Assembly (NCBI GenBank): GCA_951406725.2
Contig: OX597831.1
Location: forward strand, 18,662,001 to 18,726,000
Reading direction: 5' to 3'
Length of the DNA stretch: 64,000 bases
Source: Octopus vulgaris
Lineage: Eukaryota
In this document: positions 1 through 14,000 of the stretch, one piece after another
How positions within the stretch are numbered: the first letter of the stretch is position 1
Layout: every line of letters starts with the position of its first letter
Program-made: the position numbers and the translations under genes
The notes under the pieces: generated by a model
What the model was told of the DNA's origin: nothing
The model's database searches: none
What the model saw: only the letters and a program-made list of their open reading frames with translations

Positions 1-53
<53 letters not shown>

Positions 54-77
54 AATATGTATATATATATACATGTA

Positions 78-116
<39 letters not shown>

Positions 117-175
117 TTATATTATAGTATAGTATATATATACTATATTATATTATAGTATATTGTATATATGAA
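1..175. repeat. (AC)n/(AT)n microsatellite
   Basis: Direct dinucleotide runs. Confidence 0.95.
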
Positions 176-177
176 TT

Positions 178-1210
178 AATCTTCTCTCTTCGCTCTTATA
201 CGCCATTTGGTCTCAACTCCCCCCATCCTCATCTAACCCCCCTCTCCCCTCTCCTCACCTGTCCTTTCCCCCCGACCCCTACTTCTTCAGTCCGTCATCC
301 TTTCACCCCTACTCCCCTTCCCTTCTTCCCTCTTTCTCCATCCCTCCTTCCCTCTTCCCCTTCCCTCTGCTCCCTCACTCCCTCTCTCCCCTTCTCTCTC
401 CCCCTCCCCTCCTCCCATTCCTTCTCCCCCTCCTCTCTCTCCCCCCATCCTCTCCTCTTCGCCCTCCTCTTCCCCTCCCCTTTTCTCCCCCTCTTCTCCT
501 CACTACACCACACGACTCTACACATCACATCATATATGATGTGCCATAGTAATACATACACCAACTAATACATACTAATACGTACTAATACATACTAATA
601 CATACTAATACATACACCAACCCTATACATACACACGTCCAGACCCCTCATACGCACTGATACTCTCTCATACACACACACACACACACACACTTATACA
701 TACTAATACGTACTAATACATACTAATACATACTAATACATACACCAACCCCATACATACGCACGTCCAGACCAATCCTACGCACTAATACTCTCTCATA
801 CACACACACACACACACACACACCCTTATACATACTAATACATACACCAACCCTATACATACACACGTCCAGACCCCTCCTACGCAATATTAGCTGGTCC
901 TTCAACCCTATTATCAACCCTATTATCAACCCTATTATCTCCCCTTATTTCGCTCTCGCGTCTCATGTTTGATCTTTGACCTCTGGCCGAAATCAGATCG
1001 CCATGTTGATTCGTTAGCTACTGCACGCATTTTTTCTCTCCTTCTTTCTGTGTATTTTTTCTCTCTGTGTATCTTTCTGTTGAAGAGCGTAGGCTCGAAA
1101 CGTTAAAGACTTGTTTTATTTATATTTCCTGAGCGCCATACTAATACAATTGTACGTTTGTTTTCCACCTGCCTTCGTCTTTTGTCTATTTTCATAAAGC
1201 TTCCCGTTAT
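178..1210 (+). mobile_element. Penelope-like terminal fragment with CT-rich tract, (tactaataca)n minisatellite and hammerhead motif
   Basis: Flanked by (AT)n; 10-bp repeats and duplicated block at ~560-890; hammerhead-like motif at 1072-1109 close to the 3' end, as in PLE pseudo-LTRs. Confidence 0.5.
1072..1109 (+). ncRNA. Minimal type I hammerhead ribozyme-like motif
   Basis: tcttt-CTGTTGA-a-gagc(gtag)gctc-GAAA-cgTT-aaaga: stem I tcttt/aaaga, stem II gagc/gctc, palindromic AACGTT stem III; core variant CUGUUGA. Confidence 0.6.
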
Positions 1211-1226
1211 ATATATATATATATAT

Positions 1227-4020
1227 CCTTAAATCCTTAAATCCTTAAAAAATGTTTTAGCCCAACGGCCGCGGCCATGCTGGGGCACCACCGCTGAATG
1301 AGCTACACTAATTTGTGAATCCACCTCTGATACGTGGCACTTGATCAACAAGGGAGTTCGATGCTGCTGCCCGCATCTGCGTCTCCTGTCGTGAGGTAGG
1401 TTCATCTGGGACTCCCACAAGAAGAGATCCAGTTTAGATTTAAAGAAACCCACAACCACACCATGTAAGTCTCTCAGGCATTTAGGGAGGATGTTAAAGA
1501 GCTGTGGTCCTCTGAAACCCAAGCTGTTGCACTATCTGGACCTGTATTTTGATGGTGATGTTGGCACCATGCAGTGGTGCCCCCTTCTGCGGTTGGGGTA
1601 ACTTTGAATGCCAAAGTTTGGGACAAGACCCTCCAGGATTTTCCAGATGTATATCACCGCATATCTCTCCCGCCTCCGCTCTAGGGAGAAGAGGTTTAAT
1701 ACCTTCAGTCTTTCCCAGTAGCTGATATTTTGCATTCAGACGATTTTCTTTGTGTAGCTTCTCTGAATTTCTTCGAGTTCTGCTGTTAGTTTTATATTGT
1801 GTGGTGACCACAGTTGAGAGCAGTAGTCCAAGCGGCTGAGGACGAATGTTTTCCATAGGACCATCAGTGTCTCCTTCTCTCTTGTTCTGAAAGTTCGGAG
1901 AATCCATCCAGCTAGCCGTCTGCATTTTATCACCAGATTAGCAATATGCACTTGGAAAGATGCATCATTGCTCATGTCAATGCCCAGGTCACGCACTGAT
2001 TTTGACTCAGGGATTGCAATTTTTCCTGGGCCGGTTCATCCAGTCTGCACGTCGTTTACCTTTTTGTGCCAGTAGCGCAGGGCCTGGAACTTACCTGCAT
2101 TAAACTGCACGTTGTCCTCAGCCCACCTGTATATTGTGTCCAACTCCTGTTGCAGATGCGCAATATTTTCAGGGTTTTGTATTGCGTGGGAGACTTTTGT
2201 GTCATCTGCATAGCTAGCAAGGGTGGTCAACGTTAGCAACTGAAGGCATGTCTTAAAGGGCCACTATGAACATCAGTGGCCCCAAGACAGTGTCATGTGG
2301 GTCACCGCTTGCTATTTGTGTTTCCTTGGAGGTGGCTCCATTGCTCACAACTGCCTGTTTTCTGCCTTTGGGAAGTTGTGCAGCCACTCTCGAAGTTTTC
2401 CGCCTATGCTGAGACCACGCACTTTGTGATAGATCATACCATGGTCGACCTTATCAAAGGCTTTTGCAAAGTCGAGATATATTGCATCCACATTTGAGCC
2501 ATTTAGTAGCTGTTTCAACACCCAGTCATAGTGTTGCAGGAGCTGTGTTAGGCAGCCTCTACCTGGTCGAAATCCATGCTGGGTGTCAGACAGTAAGTCA
2601 TTTTCTTCAAGGAACATGATTAGTTTCTTACGGACTATTCGTTCCATGACTTTGCTGATGTGTGAGGTCAGAGAGATAGGCCTATAATTTTTAGCATCTG
2701 CTCTGCTACCTCCCTTATGGATAGGGCATATTACCCCCTCTTTCAGTTTGACTGGGAGCTTACCACTTGCAAGAAAGCTCTGAAAAAGAAGCTGTAGCGG
2801 TTATGCAAGGGCTCGTTTGCACGATTTGAGAAGGATCGCTGGGAATCCATCAGGTCCAGCAGCTGAGTTTGTGTCAATCTCATCTATGGCTAGTGTGATA
2901 TCATCATCTTCGATGTTGATGTACTCAATTTTTGCCTCTTTGGCCGCAGGTAAAGTGGTAAAGAATTCTTCTGGGTTGTTTACTTGCCTGTGTCCTAGAG
3001 GTGTAGTGAACACACTTTAGAATTGTTCGTTCAGTATTCCATTTATCCTCGTGGGATTTCCTGTGAGAGAGCCATCTTTTTGGAAGAGAAGTCCTATTCT
3101 CTGGTGCACTGTGGCTGTCTCTTTGGCAAACGTAAAGAAAGCTTTAGGGTTTGATTTTATATTTTTTTTATTACCCAAGTTTCTTTATCTGCTCTCTCCT
3201 TTTCATGAGACTGATGCAGAGTTTTCTCAGTTTCCATTAGCATTCTCTCCAGCCGAGACTTCTGACCACTTTGGGTGTGCTTGCTCAGGCGGTTCGCATC
3301 CTTGTCCGTCGTCTAATAAGAATCTTCCTTTCTCTAGGGATCCTGTTTTTTTTTTTGTGTGTGCTGGCCCTGCACACTGGGACATATTTGTCACATATGG
3401 CTTGTATTATGGACTTCAAGTGTTTGTGTTTCATGTTTATGTCCGGTGTGGAGAGACATTCAGGCTAATCCTGTTTGAGGATCTCTTTCTCAATCAACTT
3501 CCAGTTTGCTTTATGAAAGTTTAAGTTGGAGAGATGGTGGATGCTTCGTATAGGCTGTGTGTCTACGGGTGCTTTTGTTACATACATAGACAGCTCTATT
3601 ATGCTGTGATCCGAGATAATTGTCGGCATCACATTAACATTATGGATAATATCCATATTGTTTGTGAAGCAGAGATCCAGTATATTATCTGCCCTTGTTG
3701 GTTGCAGAACTATTTGCTCCATGAAAGAGGCATTTGTGAGATGGAGCAGGGACTCTACCTGTGCCTGCTGATGGTGTGTCATCCCTGGGAGCATCTGCCC
3801 CCAAGCTATTCCACTTTGGGCAGGTTAAAGTCACCCATGAAGAATACACTGTTGTGTTGTTCAAGGTTGGTGAGGACTTCTCCTATTTTTGTTAAGCAGT
3901 CTTCAAACATGCCTGAGTGATTTGTGTCATCTGGTGGGCGATGTGTTGTGCATATGACGATATTCAGTTGTCTTATGTGTACAATTTGGGTTTCACACAC
4001 AGAGTTTGAATATGACAACA
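1227..4020 (-). mobile_element. 5'-truncated, frameshifted CR1/Jockey-group LINE (APE + RT)
   Basis: ORF fragments with MGDFNLP, NILDLCF, SDH (endonuclease); AAGPDG, QHGFRPGRGC, YLDFAKAFDKVDH, YADD, SRLDYCSQLWSPH (RT); (taaggatt)n 3' tail; (AT)n on both sides. Confidence 0.93.
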
Positions 4021-4025
4021 ATATG

Positions 4026-4082
<57 letters not shown>

Positions 4083-4174
4083 CTAAAGATATTCGTAAAA
4101 CTTGGAAAAGGATGCATGGCGTTCGATCGTATAATAATATAAATAATATACGCATATATACATACGCATATACA

Positions 4175-4221
<47 letters not shown>

Positions 4222-5059
4222 GCATATATACATACATATATGTACATGCCTACATATATATGTATATATACATTCATATATCCGTACAGGGCATGAAAAA
4301 AACTTTGAACGAAAACATAAAATCAAAAACATAGAAACGAATTTTTTTTGCGAAGCGAAAACATTGAGAACCGAAAACCATAATGCTGGGAACTTGAGAA
4401 TTACCGGGACATTCCAGCTATGTAATGTTATCACTGAAATGTCACTTCTTTCATTCAGTAACTATCATTAGCATATTTTGGAGTCATTCAAAAACAGAGG
4501 TAATAATATACATTTGTAAATATACAGCGTGTGTGTTTTCGTATAATTTCCCCGTCTAAAAGCATTTTCCACAATACTCCAGAATTTACTAGACGTTTTA
4601 TTCACTTAAGAATTCGGACATGAATATTAAAATTCACGTTGAGTATGTTTTCTTTTACAGATGTAGACATAGTCAGATGCAAAACTGCCGCTGGAACTTG
4701 TAGGACATTTAAAGTAAAGATACGTTCGTATAATAAAAATAGTGTTTCGATTATGTAATTGAGACTCGCCTTGGACATGAATCCCTTTTTCCAATTTATT
4801 TCCCAATGAGATGACCGACTAATCATTTGTGAAAGAAATTTCTCCACTTGTTGTACAAATGTTAGGCGTAAATCATCATATTCAAAGCGATAGCTTAACG
4901 GTAGATAAACATTGTTTTGACCATCGGTTGATACGTCTAAAAACAAACACTGCTCTTCGAAAAACCCTAGAGAAAAATCATATTACGCCCATAGAATATC
5001 CAACCATTCTTTTAATATGGTTAAACAACATTCTTAGTGAAATTATGCTAGCATAGCTA

Positions 5060-5800
5060 ACAGACTACGCATTTATACTTGTTTATTCCAGTTGATCATT
5101 ACAACCATATATAAGCCTGGAAGTCATTCTCCGTAAGTGAGTTGACGACCTTCTGCGATTCGCTGTGGAAAACGGCAAAGGTGTTAAAACAGTGGTCTTT
5201 GAGCTGCTTACATCTTGAGAAGGGGATGGAATTCTGCAGATGTTAAATTTGAAGAAAAGTGTGGGTTCAGAAGCGATACTTTATTTTGGGCGAGGAACTT
5301 ACCTGTGATGAAAGATCGGTGAGAGGGTGCTTTTTCGTTACGAATTGTTCGCGCTCCACAGATCTTCTGGTTTTCCCCAAATATCCCCCGTCGCAGTAAA
5401 AAAATCTTTATTGACGGTCAAAACCTTGGAAAGGAATTCTCACTTCACAATACTTCTCATCTGGAAAAACACGACGAGAGTGCTCTCGATGTAGCTACGA
5501 CTCTGCCTGTCAACGTTTGAAGCGCGTGTGCCACCCAAAATATTGCGTACGGCTCTTTGTTTACACCCGATTGCGTCCTCACCGGAAGCCTGCCGAAGCA
5601 CGCTTAATGTCTTTGTAGCAAACCTCCCAAGTTTATCGCAATTTTTCACGTTGGTTCTTTCTTCCATCTTTCTATCCATGACAGCATATGCGTAATCAAA
5701 AATCACAAATGTTACAGCTTGCAAAGTAAATACAGCCATGTCAATTGGTACACTGCCTTATGAAGATCCGTGCTAGATTAATCTGCACATGAAGTCGCGT
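5060..5800 (-). mobile_element. Degenerate mariner-like transposon remnant
   Basis: ORF 5440-5739 MEERTNVKNCDKLGRFATKTLSVLRQASGEDA resembles the mariner N-terminal HTH; rest decayed; ends approximate. Confidence 0.65.
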
Positions 5801-7899
5801 GCTGCCATCTACTGGCTCCTTACAGAACTAATCCGAGTACTTTTTGATGTCGTTTGATTGTGCGATTAAGCTGACTGTATCATCGTTGTTTCCGGCTCCG
5901 TTTGCGGCACATCTGTTGTTTTCTAATAAAGCTCCGGGTGACCAACTAATTTCTTGTCAGTGACTATTGTAGAGGGCAAACTGAAGAAGACCGTCTTAGT
6001 TTGTATACATACACTTATATGTATATATATATATATACCTGTGTGTGTGTGTGTGTGTGTGCGTGTGTGTGTGCGTGTGTGTGTGTGTGTGTGCGTGTGT
6101 GTGCGTGTGTGTGTGCATGTGTGTGTGTATGTGTGTGTGTTTGTATATACGTATGTATACATGTGTATAGATATGTGTGTATATCTGTTTATGAATGTAT
6201 TTGCGACTTTTCCCATAGAAACTGTTTGATAACTGGGGTTGATTCGTTCACATCCCCGTAACATAACGCTTCAGTGAAAGATAATTAAACAGAATAAGTA
6301 TGAGGCTTAAGGCATAATTACCGGGTAGGGGCTGATTGCTTCGATGAGAGAACAGACTGATGAATAAAAGATGTTCTGAATTCCATTTTTATACAAGCTT
6401 CGGTGCTGATTCTACAAATGTAACGTCTCTTCTTCAAACAATTAAGAATATTGGTTACGTATCGAAATTGAAATATTCTTCTAAACTAGGAATTTTTTGA
6501 GAATGGTTTCGGAGAAATTTACCAAAAGGGTCAATCTAGAAATGTGTTACCCATGAATCCGCTGGTTTACATGAATCTCCTAATCCAGGACTAGCATTCC
6601 GCACATAGGAATTTCAATCGCATTTACCTTTCAAGATGTAATATCCATTTATTAAGAAAGAATTCGATGTTATCGGACGTTCACAAAAGAATAAACTCTC
6701 TCTCTTTCTCCTGTTTTCTTCCACCCTGTTCTTTCCCACGCTTAGTATATTTTCCCTTCTAGTGTTTATGGACATTTCGTCTTCAATATAATTTTAAACA
6801 ATGCAACTACTTTCTTTGTTGATTAGGTTTAAGACTTCATGGTGCCACAATTTTGATCGAACAAAATCATGGATATAACACACGATATGAATTCATGAAT
6901 ATTGATGTAACGTTAATGGTGATATGTGTAGAGCTATTCCATTTGCTAAGCAAAACTTTTGTGCTTTCAGGCTGTAATCGCTTTCAGGATGTATGGTCGA
7001 AGAGAGCGAGGAGTTTGATGACTTAAACCAATTTTCAAACCTCCAATGTAATTATTTCTTTCGCAAGGACAAATGTGGATAAATGTGTTTCATATTTATG
7101 AATAATCTCATATGTCTGTCGAGATATCACCTAGCAGCGAAATTGAATACTTCACTATGTATTTAGTTCTGTTGAATATAAGTAAATTCTCAGTCGCTTA
7201 GGGAGCCAAGTACTTCTATAATTCTCTGGATGTCTCACATATAAGTAGGTTTATTGTAATCATTGCAAATAAAATTCTACTGAGTTTATTCAACAATGTC
7301 GCCTTCCAGCGGCCTCTGTAAATTTATAAAACACTACACACACGTATAGACGTAAGCCCTTTCATATTTATATATAAATACATGCACATTCATTTGTTGA
7401 CAGGCACTTTATAGAGAATTTCATGCACATATACTCACACAATTACAGCGATTTGAAAATTGAGATATATGTATAAAAGTATAAGGTCCCTTCAGGAATT
7501 TACAGAGATTAAACGAAAGAGACAGATAAATCTCAAGATGCACAGAACAATATTTTGAGAATATTTATGCATTGTGAAGCAATTACGCTGTAACTTAGTA
7601 ACTTACCTAAATTTCAAACAAACACATTTACAGAATATACTATCGTGGTTTTTCCTATTGAACTCGAAATCAGATGAGAGATGGCTACGTATTATAAAAT
7701 GAAATAATTACCAACAAATAATTTGAGGACAGATATCCGTCAAATATAAATGATGTAAATAATGTACATAATTCTTCAACACTTAAATATAGAACTGCAT
7801 TCAAAAACGTTGTATATGGTTTAACGGGATAAATGTTTTCAGGAGAAAGCCCGAGAAACGTTCACTGAGCGAGGAGAGGTGGTGATAAAGTGTGTTTCG

Positions 7900-8700
7900 G
7901 GGAAACAATTCCGAAATTCCTATCAAAGTTAAAAATAACCAATGGAAAAATTGCGAAAAAATATTTTAGTCTCGTAAATTCCGGTAGAAAGGAGAGGGGA
8001 TTTAGAAATGGTTAGAAAAGATGCCGTTGTTTGGTGGAAGTGAGAATATGGAAATGAGACAAATGGGAGATGTAGAGGTTGAAATGAAGGAGGTGCATCG
8101 TTGGAATGTTAGCCCTGAGGTGTTTTATAAGATGGAGGTCGAGTGGAAAGAAGGAAGAAAGGGAAAAACAAAAGCAGAGAGGTAAAGCGTTGCAATGTAA
8201 GGGCAGGTAGTGCACGTCTGGAATTAGAAATTTCCCATGGAATCCGAAGCAGTCAGATCAGATATTCTAGGACAAGCGGAAGTGAGAGATTTTTGGAACG
8301 CATTGTCGTTAGTGCAAAGCTGTTACGTAACAGGTGGGCCATAATAAACCGGAAGTATGCGAGCTCTTCCATCGACCTGTGTATAACAGCGAACAGTGAA
8401 GCGTCTAGATGATGTTTCTAATAAAATAAATGCAGAATATTTAAAACGGAAAGTGCAGGGGCTGTATCCCCGGAGGTTTGAGGTGATGGACGTGAAGAGA
8501 AATACGTGACAAGAGGATCGAGGGAAGAAGATGCAGCCAGGAAGGAAATAGACTATTGTGGACGAGGAACGTTTATCGGAGGCAAGAACCTGAAAAGGGA
8601 GATACGCCAAATGAAGGGATCACATCATAGACCGCTAAATGTCGAAGGATTCTTGGGTACTGCGGGCCAAAAGCTAGCTGTTAGCGCTGTATAGCGGTCT
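7900..8700 (-). mobile_element. Ancient retroelement remnant (possibly Penelope RT); similar purine-skewed blocks at ~20850-21560, ~41850-42690, ~50380-51420
   Basis: Shared purine-rich plus strand and patchy similarity among the four blocks; weak PKIHKP-like motif near 21180. Confidence 0.3.
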
Positions 8701-9125
8701 AAGGTTTGTGTATGTGGATAGATGTCTCATTCCTAACCTGTTCAATAAGCATCATGTAATGCAAGATAGCCATCATTTTGGTTACGAATATTTTCATTGA
8801 ACTTACCACTTACTGCAATCATATTAATATCGCCTATTTCTTATCGCATCACTTTAGTTTCGCTGCCTGGGAAACAACTAAATTAAAATCATTTTGTTAT
8901 GCGCCCTGCTTACTACAGCTATGTTACGCATCTATAATTCAACAACTATTCCATATAAACCATCACTGTTTCATATACACAAGATTCTGTACTAGTCTGC
9001 TTTGTACCTAAAGTGTGTATGGCTGCGCTTAATAATATCTTCTCTCCTGCACACTGTACGAAAATGCTAGTCCCAACAATTTCACCAAATATTTCAATCG
9101 ATATTGCAGATAAGCGGTATTTTAC

Positions 9126-9188
9126 TTTGCCATTCATGGAAGCTCTGTTGGGCGTGCGTACTCTGGGGCTCATATTCTGATCACCCAA
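9126..9188 (-). CDS. Exon of third paralogous unit (C): LGDQNMSPRVRTPNRASMNGK
   Basis: ttcag acceptor, gtaaaa donor, 63 nt phase 0-0; aligns with the KRSP exons at 52448 and 43311; flanking intron homologous to 52050-52440. Confidence 0.55.
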
Positions 9189-9412
9189 CTGAATGTAAAT
9201 GCATGATATACATATATATATATATATAAATGCATGTGTATTTTTCAATGTGTAACAATAACACGGAAGATATAAATAAATGGTTACCAGGGTAGCAAAT
9301 ATTCACATAAATGCCAAGGATGTTACAACCTATTTATTAGGGTAGAAATGTTTTTGTATAACAGATAAATAAATAAATGGAGCTAAGCACAGGTGTTAAT
9401 CAAATCATTATA

Positions 9413-9500
9413 CTTCCGACATATGTTTCGAAGAAAACATTGGTATTATTCTAGAGGGAATAAAATGATGTTAAACAATGGGATCTTCTCATCAGGGTAA
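9413..9500 (-). ncRNA. Type I hammerhead ribozyme with long stem II (PLE pLTR-like)
   Basis: Minus strand: cc-CTGATGA-gaaga..cattg....caatg..tcttc-GAAAC-atat-GTC-gg; canonical core, palindromic ACATATGT stem III, GUC site; stem I short. Confidence 0.75.
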
Positions 9501-9749
9501 AAAAGAGAACCAAACCATATCAATAAGCCGTTTTAATGTGATGGTTACGTATATGTCGAAGAGAACGCAGGCAAAATTCTTATACAAACTTTAATAGATT
9601 TAATGTCTAATGCAATTTAGAGAGAGACAAGGAGGAGAAAGTAAGAAATAAGAAGAAAACCACTACATTTCTCCACTTATGGTTTTCTGCTTCTTTCTTT
9701 CTTTCTTTCTCTAAATTGCTTTTGACATAAAATCCCTTAACGGTATTTA

Positions 9750-9985
9750 AACGGCGAGCTGGCAGAATCGTTAGCACGCCGGACGGAATGCTTAGCGGTA
9801 TTTCGTCTGTCTTCACATTCTGAGTTCAAATTCCGCCGAGGTCGACTTTGCCTTTCATCCTTTCGGGGTCGTTTAAATAAGTACCAGTTACGCACTGGGG
9901 TCGATATAATCGACTTAATCCGTTTGTCTGTCCTTGTTTGTCCTCTCTGCGTTTAGCACCTTGTGGGTATTACAGAAATAGGTAT
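9750..9985 (+). mobile_element. tRNA-derived SINE (other copies ~12715-12935 -, 13065-13280 -, 13330-13560 +, 39400-39610 -, 58595-58800 -, 58856-59070 +, 60130-60360 +)
   Basis: ggcgagctggcagaatcgttagc...gttcaaattcc...gaggtcgactttgcctttcatcctttcggggtc recurs across the window. Confidence 0.85.
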
Positions 9986-10199
9986 TTAAAAAAACAATAG
10001 CCTCAGGAAATAAACACGCCCAAACCAACCTATAATTTCTCGAAACGGCCGTAAGATACGGCATCTTCTCATTTTATACCAACTTTCTTATCTATTTGAA
10101 TTACTGCCATGCATTCACCTCCCGCGAGTATTTTAATATAATACTTGATTTTAACACTGACATACAAACTCACAACTACATTTATGTATTTTTATATAT

Positions 10200-11060
10200 T
10201 TAGATTTATTTATTTATAATTTTATATATTATATCTTATGTACATTGCTAGAAATATGAGGTAAAACCTCTAATGCTCCAATTAAAGCACATATTCGAAT
10301 AAAATTATGTGCTTTAATTACAGTATCAGAGGCCATCCACTTTGGGATTTCCAAACCGTCCTTCATCATTTTCTCCATTTGCGTGGCTATTCTGTTCTTC
10401 TGTGTAATGGTGGGAAAATTTTCCCTCAATACGTTGTACCCCATCTGGACCTGGGTGTATCCAATTTGGGATGTTTGTTATCCGTTTCAGTCATTCTTAT
10501 AATGTCCTGTTTCACTTAATATTTTTCAGATTTTAATTCCTTGAAACATTCAGCATCTTCGTTAACACATTCTTCCACCATCGAAGATCTTACGCCAAAT
10601 TCTCCCACTTTCCGCACTATCAGATTGTTCGCTGCTGTCTAGCCTCCCCTGCAGCTGCTGATGAAACCTTTTCTAATCCCGTTGGAATAATCTGTCGATT
10701 TTATATTCTTTGATTCTTTGCTCATACCTCTTCATATTTGTCGTTTTAGTCTGCCTGCGGTTTTTGTTTCAGCTCCTCAACACCTACATTCGTCCCGTTT
10801 TTTTTTGTTTTTTTTTGGCACCCTATACCTTCGTTCAACTCACTATTATTTCTCCTTCTCCCTCATTTCACCTTATTTCTTTCAAATTAGTTGATAGGTT
10901 TTCGTAGGTCGTTCATTGCTTGCTCCGTTCTTCTCTGCCGCTAAGTCTCTTTATCACATTTTCTCTTTTACGGTTTGGCTCGACGCCTATTTTCTCTCCA
11001 AAGTCGATTGTACAAGCTTTAATCAATTCAATGTATTCATGTCGGTTATATTATTTGTTC
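10200..11060 (-). mobile_element. Decayed RLE-type (R4/Dong-like) LINE remnant
   Basis: Fragments like EIPKWM and IGALEVLP resemble the RT region and C-terminus of the element type at 62.7-64 kb. Confidence 0.5.
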
Positions 11061-14000
11061 CTGTTTCACAGTTATAAAATAGAATTTATATCTATACATT
11101 TCTAGAGGCCGGGCCGCTTTCGAAAACTTTCACTCTCTTAATGTTATAATTGTGTATGTTGTTGAAAAGTTAAAGACGTATGTTTAATGTCTACCCATGA
11201 AATTCTCCAATAAAAGCGAGGAATCGGATTCGCCATTAAAGTGTACACAGGAAAGAAAATGCTATATAAACGAAGCAAATTAATTTAGATTCTCGCTTTA
11301 TGGGGGAAAATACAGCAAGGTACTAGGAAGGCCTTAATACTTGATAGACTACAAACATTAAATGTTTCCTTAACGTTAGCGCACGGACAATATCCCATTC
11401 TAAAAGCAAAATTACTCTAACGGATGCTTCTTAAGATGCTGCAGTTCTTCACCTTATTTCTTGTTCATCGCTTATCTCACGAAAGTCTTCTAGACGTTTT
11501 ACCTCCGATTCTTTCATTTTCCAATTATCGTTGTCTCTTCACCTTTGATGTTTACATCTGTGTTAGTTTTGTTAATGTGTAGTTTGAAAGGTCTTAAAGT
11601 CGTTGGAGTGGGTGGAAATATAGCCAGGTCTTTCAAACATTTAAAAATCTCTGCAATCACTAAAATGGATTTGTTTCATATCGTTTTGGCAGAATTCCAA
11701 AATTCATTCAAGTTTTTCATTTATAGCGAAATTATTTTCTTATACCTTTAGTTGCGCTGAATGTAAGGAATTTCTCGGCTCGGTATAGAGCGAAGTACTT
11801 CTTTATGGATAATTTATCTATAAAAAAATATTATTGTCATTAAAAACAAATTCTATTAAATTTACTCTAGCATCTACTATCAATTTTATTTGTCTATAGC
11901 AGTATTTGTACCCGATTTACTAAAGTTGTTTCCAGAAATATTTTTCTGCGTTCAAGGTATTTTTAATTTATCACGCTTCAGTTTTTCTTTATAAAAATGT
12001 AGTTACATTTCAAAAAGCTAATATTTCGTGCTACAGTATTTCTGCTCCATAATCTGCCGACCGTTCAATATGCAAACATGTTAAAAGAATCAAAGCCCGT
12101 CTAGCTTGACCTTATGTCACAACGCCAGTATGTGTGCGTGTGATTACTAATATCTTTCAGGTCTCAATCTATATATTTATTTATACACATAAATAATAAT
12201 ATATATTTATATAAACTCATGGAGACATAAATGTGTTTATATATACTCGTACATTAATGCTGTATGTATGTCTGTATGAGTGTGTATATGAACGTCTGTG
12301 TACATAGTAAAAAAAGGTATTAAAATGATGACTGAATCTTTGTTGTAGATTTTTATTTCAAAATATAGCTTTTTAGAATATTGTACTGTACCTTCATCGG
12401 AATTTCAAATCTTAACAATATTTTAAAATCTATCGAAAGAGTTTGCAATGTCTCAAAGTAAACAATTCTTTTAAACTTATCGAGATGAGCAAGTCATTAG
12501 TTTCCAAATTTCGCTCAAGGCAAGCAATTTCGGGTTACGGGGTAAGTCGATAACATCGACCTCAGTGCTCAACTGGTCCTTATTGTATTGCCAGAAACCG
12601 TTGGTTTGTTACTACGCAGAAGCTTTATAGAAATATGTGTTATAAAGTTCTTTAATGTTTCGAAATCATGGGTTTTACGCGATTGTTTCTAGTTTGCGCT
12701 GTTAACTTTATAAATATTGGTTTGAAATGTTGGCACAAGGTCCGCAACTTCAGAGAAGAGGATAAATCGATTACGTTGACTGCACTATTCAAATGCTACT
12801 TATTTTATAGACCATGAAAAAAATGAAATATAAAGTGGACCTCGCCGAAGTTTAAATTCTGAATGTAGCGATGGACGAAATGCCGCGAAGCTTTATTCCT
12901 GGCACGCTACCAATCCTTGCCAGTTCGCCACCTTCAGGCGAAAAAGTAATTAAAACATGTGAATTGGTTTCTGTGAAATAAATGATATTCGACTTAGGTT
13001 TCTAATGAGGCAAATGCTAAATTAACAAGTATTTTGTCAGGCGTACTAAAACATGAAGCCATAATTGGTTTCAAATTTTGACAAAAGGCCAGCTATTTCA
13101 GGGAATATGTAAGGGGATTAGATCGACCCCAGTGCACAACTGGTATTTATTTCATCGGCCCTGAAACAATGACACGCTTAATCACTTTCGACGGATTTTG
13201 AACTCTGAATGTAAAGACAGACGAAATGCCACAAAGTAGTTTGCCAGGAGAATAAAAGTTTCAGTCAGCTCAACGCTTTTATATGAAACTAAAGTTAAAC
13301 TCTACATTGTATTATGAAAACCAGTAGAAGGCGGCGAGCTGGCAGAATTGTTAGCAAGCCTGGCGAAATATTTCGCGGTATTTGGTCTGTCGCTACGTCC
13401 TGAGTTCAATTTCCACCGAGGTCGACTTTGCCTTTCAGCCTTTAGGGTCGATTAAATACGTACCAGTTACGCATTGGTGTCGATATTATCGATTTAATCC
13501 GTTTGTTTGTCCTTTTTTGTCCCCTCTGTGTGTAGCTCTTGTGAGCAGTAAAGAAATAAAAATCATTAGCGATAGCTCACGCGTCACTATGTTCTTAGGT
13601 CAAAACCGCCGGGGACCGAATTAACCTTCCATTCTTTTGAGGTCAATAAATTAAGTACCAGTGAAACACTCGGGTCGATGTAAATCACTAGTCCTTTCCA
13701 GCAAAATGTCAGGCATGTGCCTTTAGTAGAAGGGATTACGAAAACCAATAGAAAAATCAATTTTAAAATAATGAGATTAGATTTTAAGGTTTGAGAAACC
13801 AGTGAATAAAAAGAATATGAAACTACAAAATATCGTTGTTGTAGCACAATATTTATTTAAATGAGTATTATTGATATGAGAAATAGTGGAAAGGATAGTG
13901 TTTCGGTCATCACCTAAAAAGAAATATACATCTATATATAACGATTGTAATACATCTAGTTGAACATGTATACCAATAATATTTTGATATTTTATACACT

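Noticed and set aside
11515-11820. Two open minus-strand exon-like segments (DKLSIKKYF..., VIAEIFKCL...)
   Set aside because: No similarity to genes A/B and no supporting upstream exon.
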